DNA of 64,000 nucleotides from Octopus sinensis. Its lineage: Eukaryota. Positions 38,303 to 50,649 of this stretch are shown here, in pieces. The stretch is from the NCBI RefSeq assembly GCF_006345805.1, contig NC_043002.1:82150001-82214000 (forward strand), given 5' to 3'. Made by a program: the position numbers and the translations under genes. Position 1 is the first letter of the stretch. Each line of letters opens with the position of its first letter. Under the pieces are notes generated by a model. That model was not told the origin of the DNA. It did no database searches and worked only from the letters and a program-made list of their open reading frames with translations.

Positions 38303-40654
38303 TTAAAGCAATGCTTTATCATTCTTCTTACTTTTCTCATTGATGTATACATATTTGTGGCAAATAAACATCATGCAAAGATACACCTAAACAAAAGTGT
38401 ATTTTGCACCAAAAGTCAATATGTGAGTTCTCTCATGGTATCTACCACAGTATAGTTTGTTCCAACAGAACATCTGTGCTCAACTGGAGATATAAATATT
38501 ATATCTCGGTATTAATACTTCCTTTGTTGCTAATATATATTATGTATATGTATCATTATACAAAGGCATATATATATGCAGAAGGTTTCCATACTGCTTT
38601 TTGTCTACTGAATTTCATTTATGAGGCATCAATTAACTTGAAGCTGTGGTGAAAGTCACCAGCTCAAGATGCCATACTGTGGAATCAAACCCAGAATCAC
38701 ATGGTCATGAAGCAAAATTCCATGCCTGTATCCATGTGTCTCCTTGTTACTAAAATGATTCCTTTTTTTTTCTCTGTCCTCCATATTTTGTTCCTTTTTT
38801 TATTCATTTACATCTTGGCATGAATGTCAGTATGTTATAGAATGTTTAACTTGGCACGTTTGTTGTCTTGACAAACATCATTATATGTATATGAATTGTA
38901 AAACATTTAGAAGTGTTTTTGTGAATGATTGTGTGTGTATATGTGTGGCTGAATGCCCTTCATATTACCAGGAAGTAAGTATAATATGCACCCTAATACA
39001 TCTAAGCTTAACATTTCTAATTGAGATCATAGCATTGTTTTCACCAGACCAGCACCTTAACTTGACCTTCCAGCCACTGTCCTTGTTAAATTAAATAATA
39101 TTTCATAGATAAATATTTGTTCCAGTACAAACCACTTTATGAAAGATATGACTGCTTTTTTTTTTTCTCATAAGACAAGCTGGGGGAAATAGAGCTACAG
39201 TGTATCCTGTCTTAAAACACATTATTTTGTTTAGCTACTGACACTAGTTTCTTAATATCAGTCTAAGATACAAAAAATACTGTATTATCCAAGCAGTATT
39301 TTATTAATTTATTCCATATTATTGCAGAGCTATTATCAATAATATGGCTTTATAAAGAGCAATAGATTAGTGTGGTGCATGAGGTGTGTTGACCACACAG
39401 GGAGGTGACTTATATTATTGTGGGGGCAGCTAATTCAGCTACTACATAGAGTGGCCAAAACCTTCACTATATCACAGGAATGAACATAGCTTGTTCAGTT
39501 GCTGTCAGTTTCTACTATAAATTGTTTAAATATCTATTGTTTTTAAATCACCTCTAGTGAAGGCATGTAGTCTTGTGGTTGGTCTGTTGTAATCACAATT
39601 GTTAGATTGTGATTTTGATCCATGGACCAGTCTGTACATTATGTTCTTGAATACAAGAACATAAGCATGGCACCTTAGGCAAGTATCTTATACTATAGCC
39701 CTACCGATAAAAGCCTTGGGAGTTGATTGAGTAGGTGGAAACTGAAAGAGGCCCATTCTTTGTACATATGTATATGTGTGTGCATGTATGTATATGTGTG
39801 TTTGTGTGTGTATGTAACCACACACATGCTTTTCTTGGACTATTCTTTTCCCTCTCTCTGGACCTTTCCTCATTCTGACAAAGAACTATGCTTGAAATGT
39901 CACACCCCCTCTTTTTTTTTCCATCTTAAACTGAGCATCAATCTAATGTGTTTACTGTGTATTTTTCCTTTTGGCTTTTGTTGTTTGTATTTTTATATTT
40001 GATTTGTTTGTGTTCTTATTTTGACATGATTTGTTAGCTGTAAATGAGTAGCATTCCTATACAAACAATGTCCTTCGCTTCCAATCTTCTATGAAAATGT
40101 CCAGCCAGGAAGAAACATTAGTTTGGCTGAAGACTGGTGAGGGTTGGTGGCAGGAACAGCATCTGGCTGTACAAAATCTACTTCAGTGAGTTTCATTTAA
40201 CCCATGCAAGCATGGAGAAGCAAATGTTCAAATGACAAAGACAATGATTGATTGATTGATTGTGTGTGTTCTAAATTAAGTAGATTCAAACACAAATGAC
40301 CCCTGATGGGGAATAAGAAGTATCTGATTGCTTCACCTATTTGATTCTTTTCATATGTCATACGAGTTTGGTGTGTGTGTGTGTGTGTGTAAAGTTCAAA
40401 TGCTTGATTTATTATTACCTGATGATCTCAGGAGATGATGAAACTGACAGTTATAGTGTGAACAATGGTTAATCCTAAATTTGAATAAAATTATTTGACT
40501 AAACATTTTTATTTTGAATTTTAAGTGGGTTTTCTATTGAAAATTAATTTACCATACACATACATAGATATATGAAGGTCTATATATGCAGGTTGTGCAT
40601 ACATATATATATATGACGATATATGTGTATATATATATATGTGTGTGTGTGTGT

Positions 40655-40830
40655 GGTAACCTTACTAATGCTTGTAGCATGGAAAAAGCACTCTACCTCT
40701 GTAAAGGGGTTAGCATTAGGATGTGCATCCAGCCATAGAAACCATGCCAAAGCAAACACCAGACCACAATGCAATTCTTAGACACCCATCCAACCCTGCC
40801 AATCTGGAACATGGATGTTAAATGATGATT
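40655..40830 (+). mobile_element. Family D retroposon 3' end, diverged
   Basis: GCATTAGGATGTGCATCCAGCCATAGAAAC...ATGGATGTTAAATGATGAT. Confidence 0.6.
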
Positions 40831-40857
40831 ATGAATGTGTGTGTATATGTATATGTG

Positions 40858-41080
40858 TTTACTCTTTTACTTGTTTCAGTCATTTGACTGTGGCCATGCT
40901 GGAGCACCACCTTTAGTCGAGCAAATCGACCCCAGGACTTATATTCTTTGTAAGCCTAGTACTTATTCTATCGGTCTCTTTTGCCGAACCGCTAAGTTAC
41001 GGGGACGTAAACACACCAACATCGGTTGTCAAGCGATGGTGGTGAGACAAACACAGATACACAAACATATGCACACACAC

Positions 41081-41142
<62 letters not shown>

Positions 41143-41290
41143 ACATATATACGATGGGCTTCTTTCAGTTTCCGTCTACCAAAAAGGCTTTGGTCAGCCC
41201 GAGGCTATAATAGAAGACGCAGTGGGATTGAACCCGGAACCATGTGGTTGGTAAGCAAGCTACTTACCACACAGCCACTCCTACGCCTAT
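40858..41290 (-). mobile_element. SINE family A, near full length with two short internal deletions
   Basis: Closely similar to the reverse complement of 49809-50224. Confidence 0.9.
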
Positions 41291-41389
41291 GTATATGTGT
41301 CTGTATGTATGTATATTATTTACTATGCACAGTACTTAAAAACGAGCTACGGTTAGTTTCATGCTGTGGAATCAATTAGCCAGTATATC

Positions 41390-41432
<43 letters not shown>

Positions 41433-42653
41433 GTCCATTCCATGTCTGTTCCTTCTCTGGATATTTCTGGTTGATAGGCTTAGGCCATATATGTGTCAGT
41501 TAAGTTTCTTGAAGAAATATTTGTTTCTCTGTTGTAAACTGTCAAGTGACTTGTTGCACATCTTCAGTTTGCTCTCATTCCCTCACTCACTCCACCACTC
41601 ACTCATTTCTCTCCCCCATTTTTTTTTTTCACCCTCTCACTCAATCCAGTGTTGCACTCACTTCACTCTGACTCTACTCACTTTTTCTTTACTGCTTTAT
41701 TCACTCTCTCCTCTCTCTCTCTCTTTCTGAGTGTGTGTAGTGAGAAAACGAAAGAGATGCAGTGAGAGTAAAGTTTAGACAGAAAGTGGTGTGGAATTTA
41801 GTTCATAACTTAATTAGAAGATCTCCCACACACACACATACACACACAAATTGCTTGCTTTTTTTCTATCCTTTTCTCTCCATTCTATCTAATTTGATGA
41901 AATTTTTATCTCTCCCCCCCCCCTCCCGCTCCAACTCCTCTGCACTCAATATCTCTTATCCTTTCATTTGCCTCTCACCCTCCCCCTCTCTCTGCTTCTA
42001 TCTTTCTAATTTGCTGAAAAATTTATCTTCACACCTCTCTCTCTCTCTCTCTCTCTTCTCCTCCCTTCTCTCTATCTATCTATTTATCTCTCAATTTCTT
42101 TTCATGCTGTCTGGAACAAAACTATTGGGAAATGGTAGGGAATGTATAAATTGGTGGTGGTGGTGACGCTTGTGGCAGTGATGTTTGTGGTTGTTGTTGT
42201 TGTTGTGGTAGTTGTGGTGATCTTCACTGGACGATGCAAAGAGGAGAGCGAGGTACAAAAGACAACACAGACTAACTGAAGAGTTATTAGGTTGAAGATG
42301 TGGTGTGGCATAACACTATCATCATCATCATCATCATCATCACCATCACCATCATCATCATTGCTGTTGTATAGGATGATGGTAGTGGTGGTGGTGGTGG
42401 GAGTACTATGTGTGTGTGTGTGTGTGGGAGGGGGGATTTTATTACCTTATTTGCATACATTTGATTCTAATCAAGATAATCTTGATTGTTGGGTCTTGAG
42501 TTGATGGTTGTCCTGGATCAGACCATCATTAACTGACCTCTTTTACAAAACTAATTGCTGACTACACTTTGAAGTTGGGCATTTTTTTTAATGTTCCTGG
42601 ACATAATTATGCTTTCACTAGCATAAATCCAGCTTTCTTCTTCATTGTTGTTG

Positions 42654-42686
<33 letters not shown>

Positions 42687-42688
<2 letters not shown>

Positions 42689-43418
42689 GGCGGCAAACTG
42701 GCAGAATCATTAGCACACTAGACGAAATGCTTAGCGTTATTTCACCCATTGCTACATTCTGGGTTAAAATTCTGCGGAGGTTGACTTTGTCTTTCATCCT
42801 TTTGGGAGGTTGGGGGTTCGATAGATTAAGTACCAGTTGCGTACTGGGGTCGATCTAATCAACTGGCCCCTTCCCTCACAAAATTTCAGGCCTTGTGCCT
42901 ATAGTAGAAAGGATTATTATTAAGATTATATAAGACTGAGGTAACTCCTCCAGAAATTATTTATACAGAAATAAAAAGTAGGAGAGTGCCATCGTTATCG
43001 TGTGAAATTGGTTGAACAACATTTCACATGATAACTATGGCACTCTTCTACTATTTATTCATTATTATTAGTAGTAGTAGTACTACTAAAGCATTGAGCT
43101 GGCAGAATCATTAGCATTCTGGAGCAAGGTGCTTAGTGATATTTCATCTGTTTTTACTTTCTGAGCTCAAATTTTGCTGTGGTCAACTTTGCCTTTTATC
43201 TTTTCAAGGTCGATAAAATAAGTAGTAGTGGAATACTGGGGACTATCCCCTCCTCCCAAATTACTGGCTTTGTACCCAAATTTGAAATCATCATCATCAT
43301 CTATTATTATTATTATTAAAGGGAATCATTATTGGTATTGTTTTAGTAGTATGATCATTCCTTTTTCTTTTCTTTAATAACCTGTCTCTCTAATGTCTCC
43401 CTCGTCTGTTGCCATTGC

Positions 43419-43464
<46 letters not shown>

Positions 43465-43975
43465 GTAATCCTTTCCATTGGAGGCACAAAGCCTGCAATT
43501 TGGAGGAGGGGGAGAGTCTATTTCATTAACCCCAGTGTGTAACTGGTACTCATTTCGTCAACCGTGGCAGAATTTGAACTCAGAGCATGCAGGCAGACAA
43601 AATGCTGCTAAGCATTTCATCCGGCATGCTGACAATTCTACCAGCTCGCCGCCTTGATGATGATAATAAAAATAATAATCCTTTCTAATTTTTCGCACAA
43701 GGCCAGCAATTTTGAGTGGAAGGATGAAGTCGATTGCACTGACCACCCAGTACTTGTTTGTTTCTTCTACTCTATTAACTCCAGAAAATGAATGGCAAAG
43801 TTGGAAGGGTGCTAGCCAATTGCATCAACTCTAGTAGTTGTCTGGATTTTCTTATCCTATCGGCTCCCAAAAGGATGAAAAGCAAAGATGGCCTGTGTGG
43901 GATTTGAACTCTGGATTTAAAGAGCCAAACAAATGCTGCAAAGCATTTCTGATTCCACCAGTCTAATGATTCCAC
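42687..43975. mobile_element. Cluster of at least four SINE-B copies (+42687-42921, +43088-43290, -43455-43640, -43678-43975)
   Basis: Repeated head and core motifs separated by (TTA)n/(TAG)n/(CAT)n runs. Confidence 0.8.
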
Positions 43976-46689
43976 CAATCCATTGTCCTAGTAGTAGTAG
44001 TAGCAGTAGCAGTAGCAGCAGCAGCAGCATAATTATTATTATTGTTATTTATTATCGCTGTTGTTGTTTATTTAATAATCTCTCCAATTTCTTTTTTATG
44101 ATAGTCCTTCATTGGTTTAATTATCTTTATTCTATGTATTCCATCCTCCTCTCTCTCTCTCTCTCATCTTTTTATCCCAGTCTCATTACAGTTTCATTCT
44201 GCCTCTGGTGTCTGCCTGAGTGTCTGCATGCATTAGTCTGTCTAATGTTCCTCCCACCACCACCACCACCACCACTTGTTTTCACTTCCCTCTCATACCC
44301 ATACACTGTTTCCTCATCTATTTAACTATATATTTTCCCCAGTTCTTTCTCGTTTTGCATATTCTCTCTCTCTCTCTCTCTTCAAATACTTTACCTTTTC
44401 TGCTCTTTCTCCAAATCACTATCTGCACTTATAGTTTCTCTTTCTCTAATCCCTTATTTGTTACCATATCTTTTACAGACACATGGATTTAACCGATTAA
44501 ACAAGTTCCTCACCCTCTTCCTCCTCACTCAACTCCAACCATTAGCCAAGTCTATCAACTCCCTCCCCCCCTCTCTCTCTCTCTCTCTCTAATCCTCTCC
44601 TTTCTCTTTACTTAACTATATATACTACATCATAGTTTTTGGTGAGAGAGGAAGGTGGACTTTTTTTTTTTAAACCAACAATTACCATAAAACTTTAACA
44701 TTCCAATTTTTCTTTTATGATAATGCTATCGGTGTTCTTATTCTTCTTCTTGTTATTGTTATCGTTGTTTGTTATTGTTTTGTTTTTTTGTGGGGGCGAA
44801 AAAATATGAAATTATCGCTTCATCACAAAATCAGATTCCTTCATATTAAAATAGCCATTTATCTCAGTCAACTTTCCCTTATCTGTTTATATCTTAAATT
44901 AGTATAATTACAAGTGGATGATGGCAGGAAGGAGGGAGGGAGGAGATGGCTCTTCAGCCTCACCACCACTGCTAATACCACCACCACTAGATATATATTG
45001 CATTGCATTGTATTACAGTATGTTTGTAGTTCATCTGTACAACCAGCCCTGTAGTTCCATTTTAGTTACACCCCCACCACTACTAAGGGAATACAAAAAT
45101 TTAGTGTTACCCACTCATCATTAACCCTTCCTTTACTCCAAAAGAATCAATTCAAATTCTTTTTATTTCATCAGATATTGATAGTAAATTGTATTTGTTT
45201 TTAAATAATCATGTTGGACAGTATGTGTGTGTGTGTGTATGAGAGAGAGGGAGGGAGAGAGAAAGAGCAGGGGTGCAGTTATTTGTGTGAATAAAGAACA
45301 GTGTATTACCGACCGCAAATACTAGCGTTATATTATACATCATACCTGTATGTGTGTAAAATAGTGTTATAAGCCGTATTTCTGAGCTAGATTTTCGTTT
45401 CAAGAATGAGAGCATATGGAGTTCATTGTCATTCTCTTATGACTGATTCTTCTTTTGTTTGTATGAAATGAAATGTCATCAGCCTTGTGAATGCAAATGT
45501 GTTTTTGCTAGACAGAGGTTTTTTTGTTTTTTTTTGTCATTTTGATTTATTTTCTTCTGTGTATTATGGATTTACAGTCGCATTCTCTTTTATTGTTTCT
45601 CTCTTTCCCTCTCTTATACACACACACTTCTCATTGTGTCCATCTTATCATCCTTTTGCTTGTTAGCATATTATCTGTCTCATTGCTGATAATAAAATCC
45701 AGTAGGAGTTGATCATTTCCTGATTTTGTGGTGGAAGATGACACCTTAACTACCAGGAGACTGGTTCAACATAAGACACCTATCTCACGCCATTTTAGAA
45801 TATTATATAGGTTTTTACCATGCTGCTTAGAAAGTCTCTTGCCGTTAAACAAGAAGAGGTCAGGAATAATGTCCAGTGCAACCAGATTACACTGATGTAA
45901 TTCTCCATTAGTGCCGCAGGATTGTTTAAATGCTATTGGCCGGCTGTACTTTCACTTTCGCTTTCACCTCCCCTCCCAACATTTTTCTTCTTGCGTAGCA
46001 GCTGCAATGTAAAGATGTGCAAAGATGCTTTAAATTAACCTACTATTTGTGTGTTGCTGACATTTTAGTTTCAGAGACGATCCTTGTGTAATAATGGCTA
46101 AACAAAACTCACCTCTGCACCACCATCCATTACAAGACTTCTCAGAAAAATAGTTAGTGTAGGATTAGATTGGGTTTGTAGTCTCAAGCAATGGATGTAA
46201 CATTTCATCTTAAAGACTAGCTGAAAGAAAGGAAAAATTAAGACAAAGTTCTGATTTATTGTTTGTTTTTGTCTTTTTTCTTTTCTTTTATTTCATTAAC
46301 ATTGCCATCATCATCACCGCTCTCATCATCAGTATTATTTTTGTTTTAATATCTATTTTACCATGATAGCAAGATATGTCTGCAACACAAGATATTGCCA
46401 TCCTTTCTCAACACTGTGGCTCTCAGTATCCTGATCTCTTGACATAACTGTTCCTTTCTATATCTTCTTTGCTTTCTATCCCTGCGATAAGTACTTTCTG
46501 CCTTCAGTTGATGGTATTTTCTTCACTCTGTACTTCTTCACTGCCGCTATCATCTCCTCCTGCAAAACATCGATACATTTAACACTTAAGCATTCAAACT
46601 GGCCATATCTCACTCAAATATTCTACCTGTTTTATGTTCAAACTGGCTAGGTCCAGCTTCTCACACCTACCATACCATGTCATAATCAT

Positions 46690-47330
46690 AGCTGATGCTG
46701 GTGGCATGTAAAAAAACACTCTTCAAATGTTGGGCATCACTGAGGTAATAAGTGACTGAGACCTTTGGCGATATGTTGTGCTTGAGAAGACCCGTCAAGC
46801 CAAGTGAAATCATAGTCATGATTGATGCTGGTATCACGTAACAGGCACCCGTACCAGTAGCATGTAAAAAGCCCCCCTTTGAACTTTGGACCTCATGGAA
46901 GTGATAAGTAACCTTTGGTGATATGCCATGCTTGAGAAGACTCGTCAAGTCAAGTGGAATTGTACCTGTGGCCAATGCCAATGTCATGTAACTGGTACCT
47001 GTACTGGTGGCACGTTACTGGCACCTGTGCTGGTGGCACATAACTGGCACCTGTGCTGGTGGCACATAACTGGCACCTGTGCTGGTGGCACATAACTGGC
47101 ACCTGTACTGATGGCACATAAATGGCACCTGTGCTGGTGGCATGTAATAAGCACCTACTACACTCTTGGAGTGGTTGGCATTAGGAAGAGCATCCAGCTG
47201 TAGAAACTATGTCAACTTAGATTGGAACCCGGTGCAGCTCTCCATATTACCACTTTCCGTCAAACCACCTATCCCATGCCAGCATGGAAAGCAGACACTT
47301 AATGATGATGATGATCATCATCATCATCAA
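46690..47330 (+). mobile_element. Composite family D retroposon with internal duplications and (GAT)n tail
   Basis: Internal duplicate of about 150 bp (CCTTTGG.GATATG...GCTTGAGAAGAC.CGTCAAG.CAAGTG twice), a 26-bp array, then GAGTGGTTGGCATTAGGAAGAGCATCCAGCTGTAGAAAC...GATGATGAT. Confidence 0.7.
46991..47146. repeat. 6 x 26 bp tandem repeat ACTGGCACCTGTGCTGGTGGCACATA
   Basis: Unit starts at 46991, 47017, 47043, 47069, 47095 and 47121. Confidence 0.95.
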
Positions 47331-47645
47331 AATCTTGAAGCTATGAGATGATACATGATTAATTCAAAACAATGTGAATAAATAAGCATTACATTAGACA
47401 AAGTAATCTGAATACTTAAGGATTACTGTCCAATTTGCACATCCTGTTGCTGGATATGTTGACATTCTGTATTTGAATGTCATGAATACCAATGACTCAA
47501 CCTGTTGGGGGTTGCTGTTTTTAGTCAGATCTCTCACTTGACTTTGTTCAAACAAATATGATGCCAAAAGCTGATTAAATGAAATGTGTTATCAAGGTTT
47601 TTTGTTGGGATTGTCTTGTCTTTGTTATGGGCATGTTGTCTTTAA

Positions 47646-47830
47646 CCCATTTTATACCAACCTGCCTGAGACTGATTCCTACTTCTGTGATACAAATCTT
47701 TCTGTTTTAACCCTTTAGATACCAAATAGTCTGAAAGCACCCTTGATTCTATGATATAACCCCCCCCCCTTTTTTTTTGTTTAGTGAATTAAAACCTTTG
47801 GTCAAAATTTCATGTTACAAATATCAGCTT
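47646..47830 (+). mobile_element. Two nested family C2 MITE left ends
   Basis: TTAA|CCCATTTTATACCAAC at 47646 and TTAA|CCCTTTAGATACCAAA at 47711. Confidence 0.65.
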
Positions 47831-48574
47831 AATAATTACAATGCTATGAAAGGTGTTTATAAGGCATTTAAGAAACACACAAAATCCGTTAGATTCACTT
47901 CAACATTTAAATTTAATTTGTCAAAATATTTTCGGCGCTTTGAGACCACAAACTGCTCACTGACAAATTCCGTGCAGTACAGAATTTTGTTCCTTTGTTA
48001 TTCAGTATTCTGTACATCAAAAATATTCAAAACTATGTACAACAATAGCTTGTAAGTGGAGTTATTATATTTCCAACTAAATGAAACAAATTTTCCTATT
48101 GACACTTATTCAATTCTTGCTGGATTTGAACTCAGTACAGTAAGTCATTGAACCAGTTTTGTTTCCTTTTTTTTTAATGAAGTCTAGTGTATTTTTGAGA
48201 GAGGTGAATAGTTAAGCTGCTTACCTTATATCAAATTGTGTCCTTATATAAGGTACACCACTGATCTCCACCTGTCTAGTTATGATCATCATAGTTCTTT
48301 TACATGGTCACCCATCTTACTAGAAATAGCAGGCACATCTCATCATACTATTTTGCGGAAGAGAGGAGCGCATACATTGTGTAATTCAGGGTTTACAAGG
48401 CCAGGAAGGGACAAAAAAGAAAAGAAAACAGATGGGTTGGTTATAGCAGGGATACCTTTGATAATAAATCTTCACAATCAAAATCAGCTGAATAATGCAC
48501 AGAATAAGAATATTGACAAAGTAAGAAAGAATTTTTTTAAATATTGTCAATAACATTTGGTTTCATTATTCCAG

Positions 48575-48605
48575 CTAATATCCAAATTTCCAGAACTATC
48601 CAATG
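48575..48605 (+). CDS. Candidate 31-nt alternative exon (A-NIQISRTIQ-W), same phases as the 91-nt exon
   Basis: tttcattattccAG|CTAATATCCAAATTTCCAGAACTATCCAATG|GTAAGT. Phase 1 to 2, ending CAA TG|GTAAGT exactly like exon 48668-48758. Confidence 0.3.
48594..48605 (+). CDS. Candidate 12-nt in-frame microexon of TCF (adds ELSN)
   Basis: aatttccAG|AACTATCCAATG|GTAAGT. Phase 1-1, reading G|AA CTA TCC AAT G|GG. Leaves a 62-nt intron to the next exon. No transcript evidence. Confidence 0.45.
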
Positions 48606-48667
48606 GTAAGTGAAGTTTTACATAAACATGACCACCTCCAATTGATTTATTTCCATTTTAATTTCAG

Positions 48668-48758
48668 GGTTGCCACGACCTCCCATGTATGGTTACCCAG
48701 CTCCCCCTGGTCAGTTTCCGCACCCTATTTATGGCCCAGATTTCCCTCAAGTGCAATG
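48668..48758 (+). CDS. TCF/pan: TCF/LEF coding exon: (G)LPRPPMYGYPAPPGQFPHPIYGPDFPQVQ(W)
   Basis: Acceptor ttttaatttcAG (48666-67), donor TG|GTAAGT at 48759. 91 nt, phase 1 to 2, in frame with both neighbours. G-LPRPP...W corresponds to vertebrate GIPRPP...GW with the same split Trp codon. Confidence 0.95.
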
Positions 48759-49270
48759 GTAAGTTTCAGTTTTCATATGAAATAAATCAATAAAACACCT
48801 AACGAGAAAGTAAGCCAACTCGGCTTCAGTTTCACATTATATGTTGTTGTTGTTGTTGTCGTTGCTGTCGTTTCTATGTTTGTCTAATTCCTGTTTCACA
48901 GCAGTCTAATTTGATGTCGGTTTATTAAAGAAAAAAATCTTCAATTATCTGCTTTCAAACTGCTAAGTAAATAAATCTCTTCACTTAACATTGTTTTATT
49001 AGCTATTATAAATGTTTTGATTTTATTATAAACTGCTCTTTAACCCATTTGATAGCAAGGAGTGTGAAACTTGAAATCACTGCTGCCTTTTGTTCTCTTG
49101 AAAAAAAAAAACCTTGTGTTATTCATTATCATCATCCAGTTGAGCTTGCTTGGATTTTACCCGTCCCTACAATGTTATCTACCACGATTCTGTTTAGTAT
49201 TCAAGAGGTCAGTGAGGCAACATTCTGTGTTTGTACAGAGCTGGTCAGTAAAGGATTGGCAAGCAATGGA

Positions 49271-49703
49271 TAGGCATAGCTGTGTGGTAAGAAGCTCGCT
49301 TCCCAGTCACATGGTTCTGGGTTCAGTCTCGCTTTGCGACACCTGGGACAAGTGTCTTCAACTAATGCCTCTGGCCGACCAAAACCTTGTGAGTGGATTT
49401 GGTCAATGGTAACTGGGGGAAAATCCCATCATAATATATTCATATGTATCCATCTATGTGTGTGTGTGTGTGTGTGTGCGTATCTGTGTTTGTTTCCCCC
49501 CCACCCACCCACTACTGCATGACAACTGATGTTGGTGTGTTTACATCCCTGTAACTTTGCAGCTCGGCAAAAGAGAGCGAAAGAATAAGTACCAGGCTTT
49601 AAAAAAAAAAGTCCTAGGTTCAGTTTGACTAAAACCCTTCAAGGCAGTGCCCCAGCAAAGGCTGCAGTCAAATGACTGAAACAAGCAAAAGATAAAAGAT
49701 AAC
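49271..49703 (+). mobile_element. SINE family A, older copy
   Basis: GCATAGCTGTGTGGTAAGAAGC head, AAATGACTGAAACAAGCAAAAGATAAAAG tail. Confidence 0.85.
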
Positions 49704-49808
49704 AGTGCATATGCAGTTTCAACAAAAACATCAGCTGACTGTTAGCAATACTTACAATCACAATGCTTGGCTGAGGAATCTCTGTGACATCAATAGCCAG
49801 AATCACCA

Positions 49809-49971
49809 CACAGGAGTGGCTGTGTGGTAAGTAGCTTGCTAACCAACCACATGGTTCCGGCTTCAGTCCCACTGTGTGGCATCTTGGGCAAGTGCCTTCT
49901 GCTATAGCCCCGGGCCGACCAATGCCTTGTGAGTGGATTTGGTAGACGGAAACTGAAAGAAGCCTGTCGTA

Positions 49972-50014
<43 letters not shown>

Positions 50015-50224
50015 TTGTGTGTCTGTGTTTGTCCCCCTAGCATTGCTTGACAACCGATGCTGGTGTGATTACGTCCCCCGTCACTTAGCAGTTCGGCAAA
50101 AAGAGACCGATAGAATAAGTATTGGGCTTACAAAGAATAAGTCCCGGGGTCGATTTGCTCGACTAAAGGCGGTGCTCCAGCATGGCCGCAGTCAAATGAC
50201 TGAAACAAGTAAAAGAGTAAAGAT
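49809..50224 (+). mobile_element. SINE family A, young copy
   Basis: Near-consensus, with many CpGs retained. Confidence 0.92.
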
Positions 50225-50649
50225 CCCCCATATGCATAGCTGCTAAGCATCTATTGACCTGGCAACCAATCAGTGTTATTATTAAGCTAAAAAAATTTCC
50301 AGTTACTCTAGTTTTTAAAGTGTTTGTATTTGCACAGCAAAAAGGCCCTCCATGATAATTTTGTGTAAACCACCCGCCTGCTCTTTCCCTGCTTTCTGAA
50401 TGTTTTAAGTTCTGTTCCAAACACTAATTAATAAGTATAAGTGCATGTGCAAGATCATGTGCATACATTTTGGGAGTGATTTTATGAAACCCCTCTAGTT
50501 ATTTCGTTGCAACTGGTGAACAAGAGCATCATTGGCTACAGGGCATTTACAGTGGGCCAACGGGAGGTTCACTGCATCTCTGAAGGCCTGAGTAACTAGG
50601 GATTGTCTGTGCAACTCTGTCAGAATAAATACCACAACACACACATATG

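Noticed and set aside
40419-40445. Hammerhead ribozyme core CTGATGA...GAAA
   Set aside because: Stem II does not close directly against GAAA, and I found no stems I/III
47850-48060. Possible Penelope-like terminal fragment with ribozyme
   Set aside because: It looks repeat-derived, but there is no CUGANGA core on either strand and no second copy in the window to define it
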